63,061 nt of DNA, filler included, from Rhabdomonas costata (GCA_019059605.1; 37 parts of 37 records of this genome joined end to end with filler, not necessarily neighbours in it), one strand, 5' to 3'; shown: positions 12,342 through 24,977, numbered from the whole stretch's first letter. A program made the numbers and translations. Notes: generated from the sequence alone by a model not told the origin.

Positions 12342-14001
12342 GTGCCGCCTGGTTGAAAGTGTAGGTTGCACGATTAGTAGAGGTGCCCCTTTCCCCCCGA
12401 GCTATTTTCTCGTTTTTGACAAGATGTCTGTCAAGCGAAGAACTGCGCTGTGTGTATGTGCATGGTCCCTTTGACGTTTCTATTTTCAATGAGTTTCCAA
12501 TAAGACTCTTGCCGCAAGACAAAATTATTCAGCCATTCCTCGGTGAGACCATCATTTTCTAGTGGGTTTGTTGTTTGCAACTTCTATCTTCCGTTACTCG
12601 CGCCGGTTTTCGCTGCGGCAAAACTTAGCTGTGCATTTTCTGCATCTCAGCTGCGATGGCTGCTGGTCGCGTCCAAAATGGGCCGCCGAAAGTGAGATAC
12701 TTTGTCTTGAGGAGAAAAAGGGCGGATAAATTGAATCGCGCACGTTTTCTCGTTTAATCTCAATTGAAATAAACCCAGCCAACGGCACGCACATGTTTCC
12801 CGTCCGATTCTTTTCCGATTAAATCGCCGATCAAACGAAATAGGTGACCCACACGGCCGCCCTTTGTTCTTGGAAGTCTGCTGTCTGATCTCGGCCAAAC
12901 TCGAAGGGACTAGGGGTTAAAAGGCAAAAAAAAACCAGTAGAATAGCCGGTCACCCCGCTATTTTACCGTCCGGCCAGAATACCAGAGAAATACCCTGAT
13001 ACCCCAAGGTAGAAACCATGTCCTTACTTTACTGCCGCCGGTAAAAATTTAGTTTAAAATCCCATCATTCCCAGTCCCCGCGCAAAAGCGTTAGAGGAAA
13101 CATGAACACACACACACAGCGTAAAGTGGTTCCACAACAAAAGAATGGGAAATATTCAACACGATTCATTGGCCCCAGTTTTTTGGGTCAAATTCGGTAG
13201 TTTTGCGGGGGTGGGGGCTTCGGTCTATCAAAAGGGGATTTCCAATTAGATTCCTTTACTTTTGGTATTTCAAAACTTCAAATTTCAAACCACGTTGACA
13301 CGGTCAAGTGACCAAGATCCGTGGGGAAAAAGCGGCACCAAAGGAACCAAGCAGGAAGAAAAGCAAGGAAACAACAACGGGTATTGTGCATGGAAAAGGC
13401 CGTAGCAATGGTCAAGGGGGAGGGCCCGAAAGGACATTTGGGAGGAACGTATCTGATGAAATCAGGGCAAGAGGTGAACCTTGGCCGGGAGAATAATAAT
13501 GTTTCTGACTTGCCCTATGTCGGACCCGTCGCCAAGCCCGCCGCGGTCCGAGCAAGGCGTAACCCACAAAACANNNNNNNNNNNNNNNNNNNNNNNNNNN
13601 NNNNNNNNNNNNNNNNNTTAATTAATTAANNNNNNNNNNNNNNNNNNNNNNNNNNNNNNNNNNNNNNNNNNNNAGTGTTGGGTGTATTTAGTGTTTTGGG
13701 GATACCAGGGAGTGGGTTGTGGAGGGACAACCGAGAAAACGATTGCTGAGCACATCGGCTGCAAGGAGATGAGATGAGATGGGATAGAACGGGATGGAGC
13801 GTGCTGAAACAAGATCAGGTGAGGTCACATGGGTGTACTAGATAATGCACTTTGACCACTATTATACCACCCGCTTGCGCCTATGATTTCACGATCGTTG
13901 TTTGCATGGATGGTCTTCTGGCCTGGATTTGCCGATGTGATGCCGATGTGAACGAATTTGGCGAGCGTGTGAGGGTGAAGGGAGGGGGGACAGTGACTTG
14001 C

Positions 14002-14169
14002 CTTGAAGATGCAGTCAGGGGAGTGCAGCGCGCATCGCCGGGGGTTGACGTACTGCGAGGACTTGCGGTCCACCACGAGGATCCTCTCCGTGGCCACAGC
14101 CACCACAAGACTCTCCACCATGAGGTGGAAGCTGGACAGCAGCCCTTTGAAGCACCCCATGTGCACAAC
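14002..14169 (-). CDS. Exon of an alpha-1,6-fucosyltransferase-like (GT23/FUT8-like) protein
   Basis: VVHMGCFKGLLSSFHLMVESLVVAVATERILVVDRKSSQYVNPRRC...CIFK resembles FUT8 CGxGCQLHHVVYCFxIAYGTQRTLILES..WRY...VF. GC donor AAG|GCAAGT at 14001. Confidence 0.45.
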
Positions 14170-15617
14170 TCAGCCAGATCGCCTGTGCTGTTCTGATTCT
14201 GATCTGTGTGTGGCTAAATTGGTGTGGAGACGCATTCGAACGGGAAATGAAGTTAAATTCAAATGGACTTTTCTGCTGCCTGACACGTGAGCGCAAGTTG
14301 TATGGCAATGAAAGCTGGGAGGGGGGCGGGGGTAACGGTAACCAGTATAAAAAAACTGGCATAAAATGCTGCACGGTCAGGCGAAGCATTCCAGCACTCT
14401 TGAAATGACTGCCAAGCACGAGGGTTAGGTAACCCTTCCCAGCGCTCCTTAGATGAGTGCTTTTGCTAGGCAGCTCAAAACTGCTGCTGTGACAGGAGTC
14501 ACCAATAGCTGGAATATTGGCAGACGAGTAGGACAGCATTTGTTCAGGGAAGAAAGCCAGTCCGCACGGGTGCGTGCCCGGGGGAGGGGGGGCTTTAACG
14601 ACTGCTTCAAAATATTCTCCCACAGAAAAAAGCCCCCCTCCCGACTTCCAGGGCACCCCAGCTGTAGATGGGAGGAAGAATCCCCCGCAACAGACCAGAG
14701 TCCCTCCGGGCGTTCCACCAGTACAGCCTTCGGCCCACACACGACTTGCGCGGCGGCCTCTGCCAGCGGCTCAGGAAGTCCGCCAGTGTGGCGAATAAGG
14801 AATCCCCTGCACCACTGGAGTTCCACAGCTCCCCTCTGCATCAGAAATGCCCCCACGCGTTCTTATGGGTTGCGTATCCGTAGCGCAAGTTCGCGAAGGT
14901 GCCTTAAGTGAAGACCCGTCGAAGTTCCGGTTGCGTGAGGCATTGTTGAGTCTTCGTTTGAAAGGCCTTTTGCATCAATTCAACATGCTTTTTTTTTCGG
15001 AACTAATACTACAAGGGGTGCCTGCCTGCAAACAACATGTTCCACAATCGACTGCAATCAAAAGGCCGCAACGTGGTACTTTCTTCTGGTCGTCTCCATC
15101 ACTTGTAGCTTCTGCACTTCCGTGCGTATTACCCGTCAAAAACGGATAGAGCCTCAAAATGCGGTTCTAATAGAGTAGCTGTGTTTCGCCCCCCCCCCCA
15201 AACGGCCCTCTTCCAATTCAGCGGGCTGGCACAAGAAAAAGCAATGCTCAGCTCTCTCTTTCTCTCTCTCGCCCAAACAAANNNNNNNNNNNNNNNNNNN
15301 NNNNNNNNNNNNNNNNNNNNNNNNNTTAATTAATTAANNNNNNNNNNNNNNNNNNNNNNNNNNNNNNNNNNNNNNNNNNNNGGTTGGGGGGGGGGCGCCG
15401 AGGTCGATTGAACTTCGGGTACAGGCGTGCAATTTGTCTCTGCAATTTCTCTCCTCTGTGACTGTATTCGGAGAAGATCTGGGTTGTGCGAGCCGGTAGT
15501 GAAGCTTCCTCATTTTGGGAAATACAGCGCAGTGTTGCGTTACTCTTCTATTTAACTCACTTTGTTGTTTTCGGATGTGGAGGGAGCTACTTTCTTGCAG
15601 TATGTTCTCCAATACAG

Positions 15618-15698
15618 AGCTTCGAACGCGAATTGAACGCCCTGAGGGAGCTTGACGATCCCCATGTTGTGCGATTACTGGGGACAGACGTCGACCAG
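15618..15698 (+). CDS. Protein kinase exon (subdomains III-IV)
   Basis: CAG|SFERELNALRELDDPHVVRLLGTDVDQ|GT matches F.RE+..L..L.HP.+V.L.G. Confidence 0.7.
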
Positions 15699-16114
15699 GT
15701 GCATGCAAGGTAGCCCGGTCCATGTGTTGCCTCCCCTTCCAGACAGGGCGGTACGGAAAGGAGGCCAACACCAAGCCGGATCAGGTCCAACTTTATGCAC
15801 CCACGGCGAAGACTCTGCAGACCCTTTAAGTCGAATAAGGCACCCCGTGGCGCGCCCCCACCCCGTCAGAATTCTGTGGAGGTGGAGGTGGGCACCTGAT
15901 ATTAAATTTTTGTCGTGCCACACTGCATGTGAGCTTCTTGTGCCAATATAACATGCACAACGTGTTTTTTGTTTGAATTTCTTAGTTTTGTTCGAAGTGA
16001 TTTCTAAAAAGAAGAATGAAAAAGATACGTAAAACGCAGAAGAAGAAGTCGTATCTAATACTCGAATTCAGAATTGTACATCACAGTCATAACCAGAATT
16101 AGGAAGAGCAGACT

Positions 16115-16800
16115 TTAGGTCGAGGGAAGGGTGGTTGTTTCTCCAGGATACTGCTCGAATTCGTCCCGGGCTCGGTCAATGACATGATAAAGAAAATCGG
16201 GCCCTTTTCTGAGAGCTTGATGATCAAGTACATCATACAAGTGGTCAAAGGTATTATCCCCACCACCACCAATTCTCCTGGTGCCGACTGAATTATATGA
16301 GAAAGTTTGCAGAACCGTCACCTTTTCATTTGTCTGCACGTATCGAAAAGAATATTTTAGGTTTCTTCTTTTTGAAAGCTTTTTTCTCTGAGCTCGTGTA
16401 TATGTCTTGTAGGATGCTCCAACTTCATTCTCTGTGACCTCTTCATGTGCGTTCTGATCTCAGATTATGGTAGATGGGGTTTCTGTAGTACTTGTGCCAA
16501 GCCTTCATCTGACATCAGATTCACGTTGCTCTTGGGTCTTGCGTCTTGGGTCAATGGTTTCTGATGTCTGAAGAACGGGTTTGGTTCGAGCCCCGTGATC
16601 TTCTTTGGTGTCTAGGGTTTTAGGGTCTGTTGCTTTGGTGCATGGTGATGGTTGGGTTTTCGGGTGCTACTTATGGGTGAGGTTGTGGACCTTGCTGTTT
16701 GATGCCGTTTGATGTGTTCTGGGTGCTGTTTCATTCTTGAGTCTGTTCCTCTCGGCTTCCTCGTTCCTCAATTATTGCCTAAATTTGTCGGCTTTGCGTT
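16115..16800 (-). pseudogene. Decayed long reading frame, possibly a retroelement relic
   Basis: One frame reads for about 225 codons with four isolated stops. It ends in VLQTFSYNSVG...GPDFLYH, weakly like the start of an APE endonuclease. Confidence 0.3.
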
Positions 16801-17346
16801 GGTGCCGTTTCGTCTTTTTACGTATTATACCAGGGCCCGCTGATTTTGAGAGGCCCTGTTGAGCCGCAACTTATGTATCCCCTATGTTTGCACATGCGTG
16901 TTAATCTTACAGTTGGAACACGCCGCCGCCTCCTGATATTGGCGCCTTTAACCATGAACCCGTGTTTGGTGCTTCTTTGCACAAACAAANNNNNNNNNNN
17001 NNNNNNNNNNNNNNNNNNNNNNNNNNNNNNNNNTTAATTAATTAANNNNNNNNNNNNNNNNNNNNNNNNNNNNNNNNNNNNNNNNNNNNGGTGGGGTGGT
17101 TAAGTCTCGAGTCTTCCCATTTGTCGATGTCCCAGCTTCAAGTAGACTTCAGGTCTTTGATGAATTTGCATTGGATTTAAGAGGGTATCCTTCCTGGAAG
17201 GTTCGAGTGTCGCACCCTCAAATTCAATGGGACCCGAATCAAACTTCACTTGCGAATCTCCAGCAAAAGTTGCAAGTGTCAAGGAAATCCAGGTTAAGTC
17301 AGTCATCTGCTGGTGAGCATCCGTTGGTCCTGGGATCGTGCCGTCG

Positions 17347-17805
17347 CTATGTGATTGCTATCGTTCTTGCTTCCGTTGGAAACACCAGGATGCCCTCGAG
17401 TTTTAAAGAAGGTGAAAAGCACTTAATCTGTGATTGGAGAGGATGCTGCATGCGTATTCTGTCAAATGATAAATAACGCCCACTGAAAGATAGATGTAGA
17501 ATACTGAATGTGAGACCCGGAAAGTTTTTATTCAGTTGAAACACTGCCCCGTTTGTGTCGAGAAGCATGTCTGATTGGTTGCTCGATGCACCTGAATCAT
17601 TTATTGCGTGAATTGAGCCGGAACTGACGACTGGCATTGCACAAGACTGTGCAAAGAAATATCTTTCGGTGATGAAGCCAGTGCAGTCCTCTCTGTTTCT
17701 CAAGGGAACGTGAGTGCAGCCCTGTGATTGGTTTCGAGGGTGGGGCAGTATAAAACTTGCCAGCAATCGTGAAGCATTTAATTCCTTGCTGGTGCTCACC
17801 TGCAC
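17347..17805 (-). mobile_element. Possible degenerate retrotransposon aspartyl-protease region
   Basis: IHAINDSGASSNQ resembles the A-L-x-DSGAS-x-N-F retropepsin motif. No other support. Confidence 0.3.
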
Positions 17806-18939
17806 CGTGGTTAGGCTTGTCTGCAGTGAGTTATGGGCGTGGGCTCTCCTCCTTCGCGGCCAGTCTGTTCTGTAGAGTCGCTTGTTCTGTCATTTAATTT
17901 TCATCTGATTTTGGATTTGATTTGCTTTGCTTTGTCTTGCGGGCGGGTTGTTCCGACTGTTCTCGTCTTTTCTGAGAGGAGGGAACCTATGGCTGCGCAA
18001 GGTTCTCCGGCGCAGCTGCAGGGCCCCACGTCAGCTGCCGCGGCGCCGTTTCACAGCCCCTTCGCGTCGGTGTATTCCGCTCCCCCGATTATCGCTCCCG
18101 CTGTTTCCGCCTTTCGTTAGTTTATTTTGGTGTGGTGATGCAGGCAGTGCTCGTTTTCTGTCCACTCCGCAGCAGCTACCCTATTTTTGGCAGATGATAT
18201 TGCGGAATGTTTCGTTATCATCGTTTCGTTTCCCAAGTTTCATAAGCTATCTCTTTCCGCGTCACAGGACTACTTTCTCCGCCATCTGCCCGCATACCGT
18301 CCTGAGGTTTGCGCTGTATCTTTCCAACTCTCTTCCTTGACCATTTCAGATGTCCGTTGTAATCATGCTCCACGTTTCCGCAATGTAATCACAACAGTGT
18401 CCGACTTGCTTCATCGCACTGGTCCGAAAATTAACACGAAAATGCACGGACCTCTCATCTCGTTCCAGGGTCAAACAGTGGGCTGGAGTTCGGCTCACCG
18501 TCGCTCTGCGCATATTCTGGGGTCACCGTTGCCCCTCAACCTCTCGGAGTCTTCCGAGAAGTCTGCTGCACTTCGCCAGCACGCAGTGACTCCGGTGAAT
18601 ATTTGCAGTGGGATGGGTGCGGTTGTGTAAGGATGTGTGCACTCGCAGCAGATATAGTTGCAAGTGGCTTGTGTCCTTGCACAACCGCACCCACCCCNNN
18701 NNNNNNNNNNNNNNNNNNNNNNNNNNNNNNNNNNNNNNNNNTTAATTAATTAANNNNNNNNNNNNNNNNNNNNNNNNNNNNNNNNNNNNNNNNNNNNTCT
18801 GCTTGTGCTCAGGACTCTAAACCCGCCTTACCTTCCTGACCAACCACAACCTTTGGGCTGGGTCTTATTCTTTGGCTTAGGGACAGTTGTGTCTGTTTGC
18901 GGGCAATCAAGCTGTGTTAGTCTCTCCGTGAAACGCTCG

Positions 18940-19300
18940 AACGTCGCTTTTCCAGATGGACATCAGATCCCACAAATGAGCCTAAAATCTTCACACCCGA
19001 GGACAGGGGTACAACAGAGAATGTGTGGAGCACGGAGTCGGGTGGAAGTTGGGGATCGGTCCGTACAACCGTTTTGTGGCAAGGAGTTCCAACCCAGACT
19101 CAGAAAGCAAGGGTAGAAGAGAGGGTATGGCTTTGAATAGCTGCTCTGGACTAACAGAAAGCGTGCCGTCATCCAAAAACCAAACTCCCCACTCAACAAG
19201 GTGATGTGCCAACTCTACGAAGGAGGGAGAGGGTCTCTCCTTGCTGGACCCCTTGCAGGTTCGATGACGCCCTGGGTGTGCAGAGGGGGCAAGGGGAACA
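18940..19300 (-). mobile_element. Degenerate non-LTR retrotransposon reverse transcriptase (CRE-clade-like)
   Basis: Ordered RT motifs across frameshifts: GVQQGETLS (~19250), WFLDDGTL (~19175), LLSESGLEL..K, VKILGSFVG (~18980). Confidence 0.8.
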
Positions 19301-19792
19301 TATTCTATTTTGGGGGGACGCGATGCGGCAGTTGACCTAAAACTCATTCACAGCTTGAATCCGTCCCACCCCCTGTATACGCGCCATGCTGTAGAAAAGG
19401 CAGAAAATGCTGTAGAAAAGAACAAAAGCTTCCATCTATCGAGGAGTACATCATTGGGACGGCGTCTCCCTCCAGGTCGCTCTAGTTTTTTTTGTTTTCG
19501 CCGGTGTTGATCTTGGGGCAAGAGCACCCCAGCCAAGCACACCCACTATTTAAAAAGGGAGAGGGGGTCGGGGAGAAGGGTACCAGCCCGCAAAGCACGG
19601 GCTCCTTCCAGCCTAGACCTAGAAAAACTAACAGGAATTAAACCAGCTGGGCTCAATTAGAGGATATTTTCAGGCGGCATGGGTCAGGTAATGACAACAG
19701 ATAACGGCGCCAACCGTAATGTCCTACTCCGCGGTTGTTGTTCTTTTTTGCGTCGTAACCTCATTCTGAAATTTTTCCTGCGAGTCGCACAG

Positions 19793-20281
19793 CACGCATT
19801 CCTGGGCCCCGACCCCAAGTCGGTACAGCTGCAACACCCGAGGTATTCCATCGCCATCGGGAATGCGGGAATTGCGGCACAGCAGCAGCAGCCATTTGTT
19901 TTTCGCACTCGCACTTACACAGCAGCACAGACACACACACAAAAGTGCACAAGAACTAAATCTAGTGTGTATCGGGAACCCGAACCTCTCTTCGGGCAAA
20001 CCCACTCTTTTTGTGGTAGTTGCTCTTTCGTCTCACCGGAAACAAAGAGCAAAGGGGGACGTCTTCAATAGACACAAACCCTGCACATGACAACAGCATC
20101 AAAGTGTGTCATTAACAGTTGGTTTCTGTCCCCTGTCCACACACAAGAACTGTACAAAATAGGGTCACCCCTTTCCCCACCCGTATCGTATCCTCACATC
20201 CACCGCCTCCCTGTCTTCTCCAGGCTCTTCTCTCACGTCGTGGCATGGGGGGTGGCTCAACACCGGGGGTCCCATGAATAA
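19793..20281 (+). CDS. Two terminal exons (19793-19842, 20224-20281) of an unknown protein
   Basis: GT-AG intron 19843-20223 joins in phase to give HAFLGPDPKSVQLQHPR-LFSHVVAWGVAQHRGSHE*. Confidence 0.45.
20011..20209 (+). repeat. Dispersed ~200-bp structured repeat copy, ending at an intron acceptor
   Basis: Aligns to 12007-12193 and 59801-59943. Stems TTGCTCTTT/AAAGAGCAA, GGGGAC/GTCCCC and ATGACA/TGTCAT. Confidence 0.9.
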
Positions 20282-21249
20282 ACACCTTCTTATGTCAGAG
20301 CCAGGAGTGATCTCCCACCACACACCATGATAATCTCTTTGCCTTCCAAGGCATCAACCTTCTTCGGCAAAAGCTGATCCTCATTATCACTATGACCCAC
20401 ACAACNNNNNNNNNNNNNNNNNNNNNNNNNNNNNNNNNNNNNNNNNNNNTTAATTAATTAANNNNNNNNNNNNNNNNNNNNNNNNNNNNNNNNNNNNNNN
20501 NNNNNGTTGTTTTCCTTCATTCCAGTGGAATCTGAATTCAGCCTCAAACTCGCTGAACTGCTTCAGCGGCATTAGTGGCGATGGGAGGGAGTTGAAAATC
20601 CAAGTAACAAGAGGTGAAGGGCACCTGCTCTGCAACCTCTGAGCCCGTCACATCGAAAGGTGCAGGCAGCTCACGGCAAAACCCCCCCCAAATGTCAGTC
20701 TTCCGCGATGCCCCAATAAAACCAGAGCGCTGTTCTCCGCAAGAAAAGTCCACGCCATCACTCATCACTGAAGCCGCAGTCCATGTTAAAAAAGTGCGAC
20801 CTCTGACCCCACACCCATAAAAGGATCATCTTCGCCTTCCTTTCCATCTCCACATATCTTCCCAACCCATAACAAACCTCAATGCTCCTCCACACACACA
20901 ACACCGGCCAGTCATATCGAGCAATGCACAGTCTCCGCCCCAGAAGCCGGAAAACGCTGGAGGGGGGGACCACCACCCTCTGCCTTTCAGGATGGACCCC
21001 CACTTCGTCATGTAACTCTCCCAAACCATCACGCGACAAAGATAAACAGCCACTGTCCTGACCCACACACTCCCAACTGTTTTTTTGTTCTGGACAAACA
21101 CATAGACTATCCTCCACCTCATGCATCCCCCTGCAACAGCGCACGCCCCCTCTTGGGAGAGCAGATATCACACCCAGCTTCACTGCGTTTCTTGGAGAGA
21201 AAACCAACGCCCATCGCGCAGACCCAGTCCTTTGGTCTGCTCCCTTCTC

Positions 21250-21463
21250 TCAGGCATCCTCCCGGGAGGCGGCGGCGGCGCGGCCGCCAGGCTCGGCAGC
21301 TTTTGTGGACTTCCTGCGGAACCGCACCTCGGCGGGGTCGAACCCCTTCTCCTCGGAGCCCAGAAGAGCCCACGGCGGGGTGGGCGCGGCGTAGTCCGCG
21401 GAAGTGAAGGGCTGCCCACTCTGCACCAACTCGAAAAATTTGTCGTAGTCAATCCAGGTGTGC
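21250..21463 (-). CDS. TYW1: Last exon of tRNA wybutosine-synthesizing radical SAM protein TYW1
   Basis: TAG acceptor, then HTWIDYDKFFELVQSGQPFTSADYAAPTPPWALLGSEEKGFDPAEVRFRRK...*, the characteristic eukaryotic TYW1 C-terminus. Confidence 0.9.
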
Positions 21464-22495
21464 CTACACGACGGAAACAGAAACGGGCAAAAGTGGATGG
21501 TGAATTTGCAAATCAATCTGTTCGAAGGGTTCCGTATCCTCTGGATGGAAAATCATTGTGCATGCCAAAGCATGAACAACAGTATTCTTTTAGAGGGGGA
21601 GGCGGTGATCGTTCAGCACTGTTCAAAAATCAATCTTGTAAGGATCGGTATACCCCCGAAAATCGGAAACTCAGAGGAACGTAGGTGATTTCATTTCAAC
21701 CTGGAGTCGCCCGACGCACCTTTGTCTTCGGTGTGGCAATCGTGAGGTCCAGTAATTCACCCCACTATTTTAGTGTGCAAGTGAAGTAAAACGTCCTTGA
21801 CGTTTTGGCGCCGAAGTCGCGAGAAGTTTTTATAAACAATCCGATAGGTTGTATGATGCTAGACAACAGATGCCAGATATTCAGCCTGCTCTGGCACCAG
21901 GGGGAAGGTTTGCGATAGTAACGCCGACGAACCCTGCAAAAAACACAGGATAACGTTGTTCTGAGTTCACGTTGTAACCTATCTCACAGACGGCTGTGTA
22001 TTCCTTGTCTCCGCCCCCCTCCAAGGACGGCCATATTTTATTTTGAATAAGTTTAAAATCATCTTGCGGTGCTAAGCCCCTCAATCAATGCCCCAAAACA
22101 NNNNNNNNNNNNNNNNNNNNNNNNNNNNNNNNNNNNNNNNNNNNTTAATTAATTAANNNNNNNNNNNNNNNNNNNNNNNNNNNNNNNNNNNNNNNNNNNN
22201 GTTTTGTTTTCCTTTGCCTCCTTTGCTGCCGCAGAGGTTTTCCGCTTTTGTTCCGGCTTTTGCGTTTCTTTGGTGCTGCGTGCATTGTACTGCCTGTCCA
22301 CACATACCCTCTTTCTTCATTGCTCTTTCCCTTTCCGTTCTTCTTCGTCTTCTTCTTCTCTCTTCTTTCCCTTCGTCCCTTCCCTTCCTCTGAGGTTGGG
22401 AAGCCGCAGCCATCTCTGCGGTGAGGCTGCAGCAGCCTCACTGTGAAGCGGGCCCCAGGGGCGCCCTCTTTCGCAGGGGGCCGCCTGGGCACACG

Positions 22496-23547
22496 ATGGC
22501 CCAGCTTCTACTCCTGCTGCTTCTCTCCCTTTGGGGGGTAAGAAGCGCAACCCCTCCCACGTACAAGATCACGGAAGTCTACATTCCCAGGTGCCCTCTC
22601 TTCCCCACTCTCTGTGTCCACACCCATCCACCCTTCATTTGCCTTGGCTCCACACCACCCCTCTTTATGCCGCTTCTCCCTCGCTCTCCGTCACCTGTGT
22701 GAGCGTGTTTTTTTCTTCGAATTTCATTGCACAAATATGCACAAACGCGAACTAGCACACCTGTCCTAGGTCAAAGAAGAAGACTGCGGGTCAGGTGAAT
22801 ATTTTTGGTCAAGGATCAACGTGCATTCATTAAGAGCATTCACGGCGCAATACAGAGCATCAGTGCAGGCACACATGATGGAGCACACATGAACACGGGG
22901 GGTTAGCAAAGGGGAAGAGAGAAAGGAGGAAACGAAACAAGGAACTGGGAAGCGGGCGAAAGGCACACAAACTTTGACACAACTATTCCGAATTATTTTG
23001 CTTTTGTAGACAGGCTTCAGTAATTCTCAGCTGCTCGCTTTGAACTCGCAGCACTGGGCCCAGAATCCGTGGTCTATCTGAGCAAGCCCCCACCCTGCAC
23101 CTGCACATACACAAGCAGCCCATGTATGTATTTGAACTCCATACAAGGACCCGTGATTTCCACAGTATCCTAGTATCCTGCGGTAGGTAGCGCCCTCCCT
23201 CTCTCTCCCTCTCCCTCTCTTTCGGGTTTTCCCACATGGCACATTTAAGCAGCAAACGACGCACACCGATGGGATGCCGTTTCGGCGGTATGCTGCAATC
23301 GTAAGAGGTGTGGGTGCCAGGATTTAAAGATGTGATAATCTTCCCCCAGCTGCTTTGGCTGACCTCAGCCGTTTTCCTTTTATGTGTCTTCTTTGCCTGC
23401 TTTTTTGCTTCGCTCAGTGCGTCGGCCACGCAGCAGGGCTTTGTCCTTATTGGGCCCCTAAACGTCGGTCGCCTGCCGAATACGTCGCCTTCGTTCGCCT
23501 CCTTTCAGCTGTACGCGGTGACTAACTCGGAGGGCAACCCGGGAGTG
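22496..23547 (+). CDS. N-terminal exons (22496-22590, 23418-23547) of a secreted or membrane protein
   Basis: Signal peptide MAQLLLLLLLSLWGVRSA. GT-AG intron 22591-23417 joins in phase 2 (IPS-ASATQQGFVLIGPLNVG...). Confidence 0.65.
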
Positions 23548-23915
23548 GTGCGCAGCTTCTCCCTCCCACCCACAGACACAGACAGCTGAGTTTTCACTTT
23601 TTTGAGTAACCAGGCTTGGCAAAAAAAAACGTCTGAAACTATCAAAGCTTAGCGCAACCGTTGTAAGAAAAGGTAAAGTAACATGTGGATGTCAGCTAAA
23701 AAAAGGAGCAGTTGATAACCACGGGAAGGCAATGCGCAGATCGCTACTGTACTGTAAGTTCTAAAGCCTGCTGCTCTGGACTTCAACTCCTCGCTTGGTT
23801 GTGGTTACNNNNNNNNNNNNNNNNNNNNNNNNNNNNNNNNNNNNNNNNNNNNTTAATTAATTAANNNNNNNNNNNNNNNNNNNNNNNNNNNNNNNNNNNN
23901 NNNNNNNNGTGTGGG

Positions 23916-24684
23916 GTGAAGACCATCGGGGACAGCTTCTTTGTGGTTTTTCCTGAGCTCCTCAACGCGGTGAGGTTTTCGACAAAGCTGCAACTGCAGC
24001 TGCTGCGTGCCTCTTGGCCCGCATCCCTTCTGGAACAGCCCGATGGCTCCAAAGAGGTTGACAACGACGGGACGGTCCTGTGGTGTGGGCTTCGGGTGCG
24101 GGTTGGGATCCACGTGGGGTCGGCCAGGGTGGAGGTGAGCCCCGACACTCTTAGGGTGTGCGCTTTTTCTCCATATCTTGCTCCCCTTTCTTCTTCGCTG
24201 ATGAAGGCAATGAAGACGAAGAGTCTCAGGCTTCAAGTAAAATGCGCCCGTGACATCGTTCTCTTTGGAGAAGACATGATTGCCTTGTCCCGATTTCACG
24301 AATACGGCAGGCAGTTCCCAGAATCTGCATCATCCTTCGGCTGAGAGTGCGCAAAATGTGTGTCTGCGTGTGTTTGGCTCTACTGCATCAAGATTGGCTT
24401 CTGTACGAGAAGGCAGGACAACTTGCACCTTGCAACCCCGAAGTCAGTAGTTCCCGTTCGGCCCTTCCTGTTTGTTTCTTTCCCAGGCGGACTACTTCGG
24501 GCCCGCGGTGAACTTCGCCGCACGAGTGGAGTCCAAGGCGCTGGGCGGGCAGGTGCTGCTCAGCGAGGCCGCGCTGAGCCTGCTGGACGAGCAGGCCCGT
24601 GCGGAGGTGGTTTTGGCGGAGGTCGGGCTGTATGCGTTCAAAGGCATCGAGGGCACGCAGACGCTGTACTCCGTGTACGACCCG
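23916..24684 (+). CDS. Class III adenylate cyclase catalytic domain (exons 23916-24155, 24487-24684)
   Basis: VKTIGDSF, W.GLRVRVGIH.G, DYFGPAVNFAARVES.A.GGQVL, FKGI. The K/D residues indicate ATP specificity. In-phase GT-AG intron 24156-24486. Trypanosomatid/fungal-type subfamily. Confidence 0.95.
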
Positions 24685-24977
24685 GTATGTGTGAGTACGT
24701 GTGCAAGGAACTGCAGGAAGGGTATGTATAACGCTGACTTGTGCTTGTCTTCGGGTGATAGGAGGAGTGGGTGCAGATGATCGTGAATGATAGAGGGGCT
24801 TGTTCTCTTTACATGTGCTTTTTCAGGTTTCCAGAACGGTCAACGGTCGTCATTAGCATAAGCGTGTGTGTGTTTAAAAAGCGGAAAGGACTAGAACAAA
24901 GTGTGTTTGGTGCTGTTGAATGATTGGCTGTTGGTGACCGCTGTGCATTGATGGTTGCAAGAGTTGTTGGCCACACG

